A program made the position numbers and the translations under genes. The notes under the pieces were generated by a model. The model saw nothing but the letters and a program-made list of their open reading frames with translations, ran no database searches and had not been told where the DNA came from. From NCBI GenBank assembly GCA_937864235.1, contig CALMJI010000018.1:8939-72938 (forward strand): a DNA stretch of 64,000 nucleotides. The letters are read 5' to 3'. Position 1 is the stretch's first letter. Each line of letters opens with the position of its first letter. Below, in pieces: positions 61,950 to 64,000 of this stretch. This DNA comes from an uncultured bacterium. Its GTDB lineage: Bacteria > Patescibacteriota > Minisyncoccia > SW-4-49-11.

Positions 61950-62887
61950 GTTTACAACTTCCTATAACTAGCGTTACTAGTAGGTATTTAGTTAGGTTAG
62001 AGCGCATACCATCATCTAATGAAACTAAAAGTTTGTTTAATATAGATAATATTGACTATTGTATAAGTTTAATTAAAGAATCTTTCGGACTATTGGATGT
62101 GAATCTGGATAATGTTATATTAAAGCTTAATGACTATTATAATCAACAGATAAGTGAGGTTTTGTCTTTGTTGCCAGCAAATTCTGCTTCCTTTATATAT
62201 CTAAACCTATCACAAGATTTTGAGAAGCTCAAAAACATAGCTATTAATAAAACTATTTATGGAGAACCTCTGGGAGAAAAAGGGTTTGAACAAATGATAA
62301 ACGAAACTCCTGGTAAGTTATATTATTCAGATAAGTTTAAATCAAAATTATTAGCTAAAGAGGAAAAATTAATTCACTCTCACGATAGCTTTAGCCTCAT
62401 TTCTTATTTAGAAGAAATATTTTTAACCCTATTATTTGAAAATTTAAAAGATGGGAATAAAATTATGAAAGACTTCATTTTAGCTAAAATAGATAGCTAT
62501 ACCCTACTCAATGTTTTAGCTAGAACTCAAAAAGGTCAATCTAAAGAGCATATTTTAAGACACTTATTACCAATTCAAGGAAGTTTTGCTATCAATGCGG
62601 TAAAAGGATTTAGTTTTGGAGACGTGTTAGGAGATATTGGTCAATATTTAAATTTAGCTCCTGTAGATATAAATACCATCAATATTGAAAACACCCTTAT
62701 TAAAAATGAAATCAAGACCATAAATAGAGCTCAATTTAGCGGTATGTCTGGAGATAGAATTATTCAATATACCGAGAGATTACAATATGCTATTTCAAAC
62801 TTTAAATTACTGATTTTACAGCATTCTAAGAAATTTGATTCCAAGCAAGCTAAACTAAGATTTATAGATTATTCCAATATATGTTAG
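61946..62887 (+). CDS. Probable V/A-ATPase subunit C (d)
   Basis: 313-aa helical protein, KID..N-like segment; position between E and F. Confidence 0.65.
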   Translation: MSLQLPITSVTSRYLVRLERIPSSNETKSLFNIDNIDYCISLIKESFGLLDVNLDNVILKLNDYYNQQISEVLSLLPANSASFIYLNLSQDFEKLKNIAINKTIYGEPLGEKGFEQMINETPGKLYYSDKFKSKLLAKEEKLIHSHDSFSLISYLEEIFLTLLFENLKDGNKIMKDFILAKIDSYTLLNVLARTQKGQSKEHILRHLLPIQGSFAINAVKGFSFGDVLGDIGQYLNLAPVDINTINIENTLIKNEIKTINRAQFSGMSGDRIIQYTERLQYAISNFKLLILQHSKKFDSKQAKLRFIDYSNIC

Positions 62888-63204
62888 ACTATAAAAAACC
62901 AGTTATAATTGCCGATGCTGATATAACTTTATTATTCAAGTTATTTGGGTTTGAGACTTTGAATAGCAATGAATTAGAAATGGATCAAATTATCGTTAAT
63001 ATTCAAAAGGATGCCGAAATGTATGCTATTATATTTATAGCCTCTAATATAATATTAACTCCTAAACAAAGAAAACTCCTTAACTCACTCAATATACCTA
63101 TTTCGCAGATACCTATTAGCTCAGATAGCAATTCCGTTGAGGAGTTAAAGCATCTCACCGAAAAAGCAGTAGGTATGAGCCTAGACAAATTATTCACCTC
63201 TTGA
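62881..63204 (+). CDS. V/A-ATPase subunit F
   Basis: VIIADAD..LFKLFG, IP, EKAVG. Confidence 0.85.
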   Translation: MLDYKKPVIIADADITLLFKLFGFETLNSNELEMDQIIVNIQKDAEMYAIIFIASNIILTPKQRKLLNSLNIPISQIPISSDSNSVEELKHLTEKAVGMSLDKLFTS

Positions 63205-63218
63205 TTAAACTAATTACT

Positions 63219-64000
63219 ATGAATACAGGAAATATTATCAAAATATCAGGACCATTAGTTATCGCTGACTCTATGACTGGAGCTAAAATGTATGATTTAG
63301 TCAAAGTTGGAAATTTGGAATTAATGGGAGAAATTATTGAATTAAAAGGTAGTACCGCCTCAATTCAGGTTTATGAGGATACCTCTGGTTTGGTAGTAGG
63401 AGAGCCAGTTGTCTCCACAGGAGAGCCTCTTAGTATAGAATTAGGCCCAGGACTATTAACAGCTGGATTATTCGACGGAATTCTAAGACCACTCAATGTA
63501 ATAGCTGAGAAAGCTGCCGCTCAGGGACTCAATTCTGAATATATTACAAGAGGTTTGACCGCTCCTAGTCTAGACAGAGAGCTAAAATGGGAATTCAAAC
63601 CAGTAGTACAAAAGGGAGATACAGTCCAAGCTGGAGATATATTAGGAACAGTACAAGAGACTGAGCTAATCGTTCATAAAATTTTAGTACCATTTGGAGT
63701 AGAGGGAATAATCACTGAGATTAAGTCAGGAGCATTCACAGTCACCGAGACCGTAGCTAAAATTGCAGATACAGAAGTACAATTGATGCACAAATGGCCA
63801 GTTAGAACTCCAAGACCATATAAAAATAAACAAATCCCTACCACCCCACTTATTACCCAACAGAGAATTATTGACACCTTTTTCCCAATTCCAAAAGGAG
63901 GAGCTGCTGCCGTACCAGGACCATTCGGAGCTGGAAAGACAGTTATTCAACACCAATTAGCCAAATGGTCAGATGCTGATGTGGTGGTTTATGTTGGTTG
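63219..64000 (+). CDS. V/A-ATPase catalytic subunit A, partial (absent from the ORF track)
   Basis: [28 protein letters not shown]; Walker A GPFGAGKT; [11 protein letters not shown]. Confidence 0.96.
   Translation, partial: MNTGNIIKISGPLVIADSMTGAKMYDLVKVGNLELMGEIIELKGSTASIQVYEDTSGLVVGEPVVSTGEPLSIELGPGLLTAGLFDGILRPLNVIAEKAAAQGLNSEYITRGLTAPSLDRELKWEFKPVVQKGDTVQAGDILGTVQETELIVHKILVPFGVEGIITEIKSGAFTVTETVAKIADTEVQLMHKWPVRTPRPYKNKQIPTTPLITQQRIIDTFFPIPKGGAAAVPGPFGAGKTVIQHQLAKWSDADVVVYVG

Noticed and set aside
97-63956. Many short antisense or overlapping ORFs in the track (e.g. 3847-4293, 8607-9014, 12774-13148, 43883-44326, 48901-49341, 59749-60150, 63674-63956)
   Set aside because: Shadows of well-supported genes on the opposite strand or frame
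1-64000. Alternative genetic code (TGA recoded, as in Gracilibacteria)
   Set aside because: Core genes are full length in code 11 and TGA ends genes, e.g. at 50995 and 60838
63980-64000. Possible intein in V-ATPase A at the YVG/C site
   Set aside because: The window ends at this site, so it cannot be evaluated

Overview
AT-rich bacterial chromosome segment in standard genetic code (TGA is used as a stop). Gene content points to Patescibacteria/CPR (inference): no rpmD between rpsE and rplO, short ProRS and PGK, a primase lacking zinc ligands, an RNHCP protein beside nusG, tight gene packing and few Shine-Dalgarno motifs. It holds tuf plus the S10/spc ribosomal cluster to secY, secE-nusG, dnaG-rpoD, pheST, nusA, tyrS, leuS, proS, cysS, recA, glycolytic genes, a prenyltransferase/phytoene synthase pair, envelope genes, type IV pilus parts, tRNA-Thr(CGT) abutting the CCA-adding enzyme gene, a REP-associated tyrosine transposase (RAYT) and the start of a V/A-type ATPase operon. 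Most notable: (1) the RAYT gene carries two perfect inverted 22-bp REP hairpins inside its own reading frame, with related copies elsewhere; (2) a second GC-rich double-hairpin repeat family with compensatory changes sits beside accessory genes; (3) a G7 tract lies in the -35/-10 spacer of a pilin-LamG gene (candidate phase variation); (4) a PilB/GspE with two fused ATPase modules; (5) a Na+-type V-ATPase with a structured RNA between subunits I and K; (6) a terminator-like hairpin in the nusA leader. All calls are by-eye motif recognition; no database searches were run.
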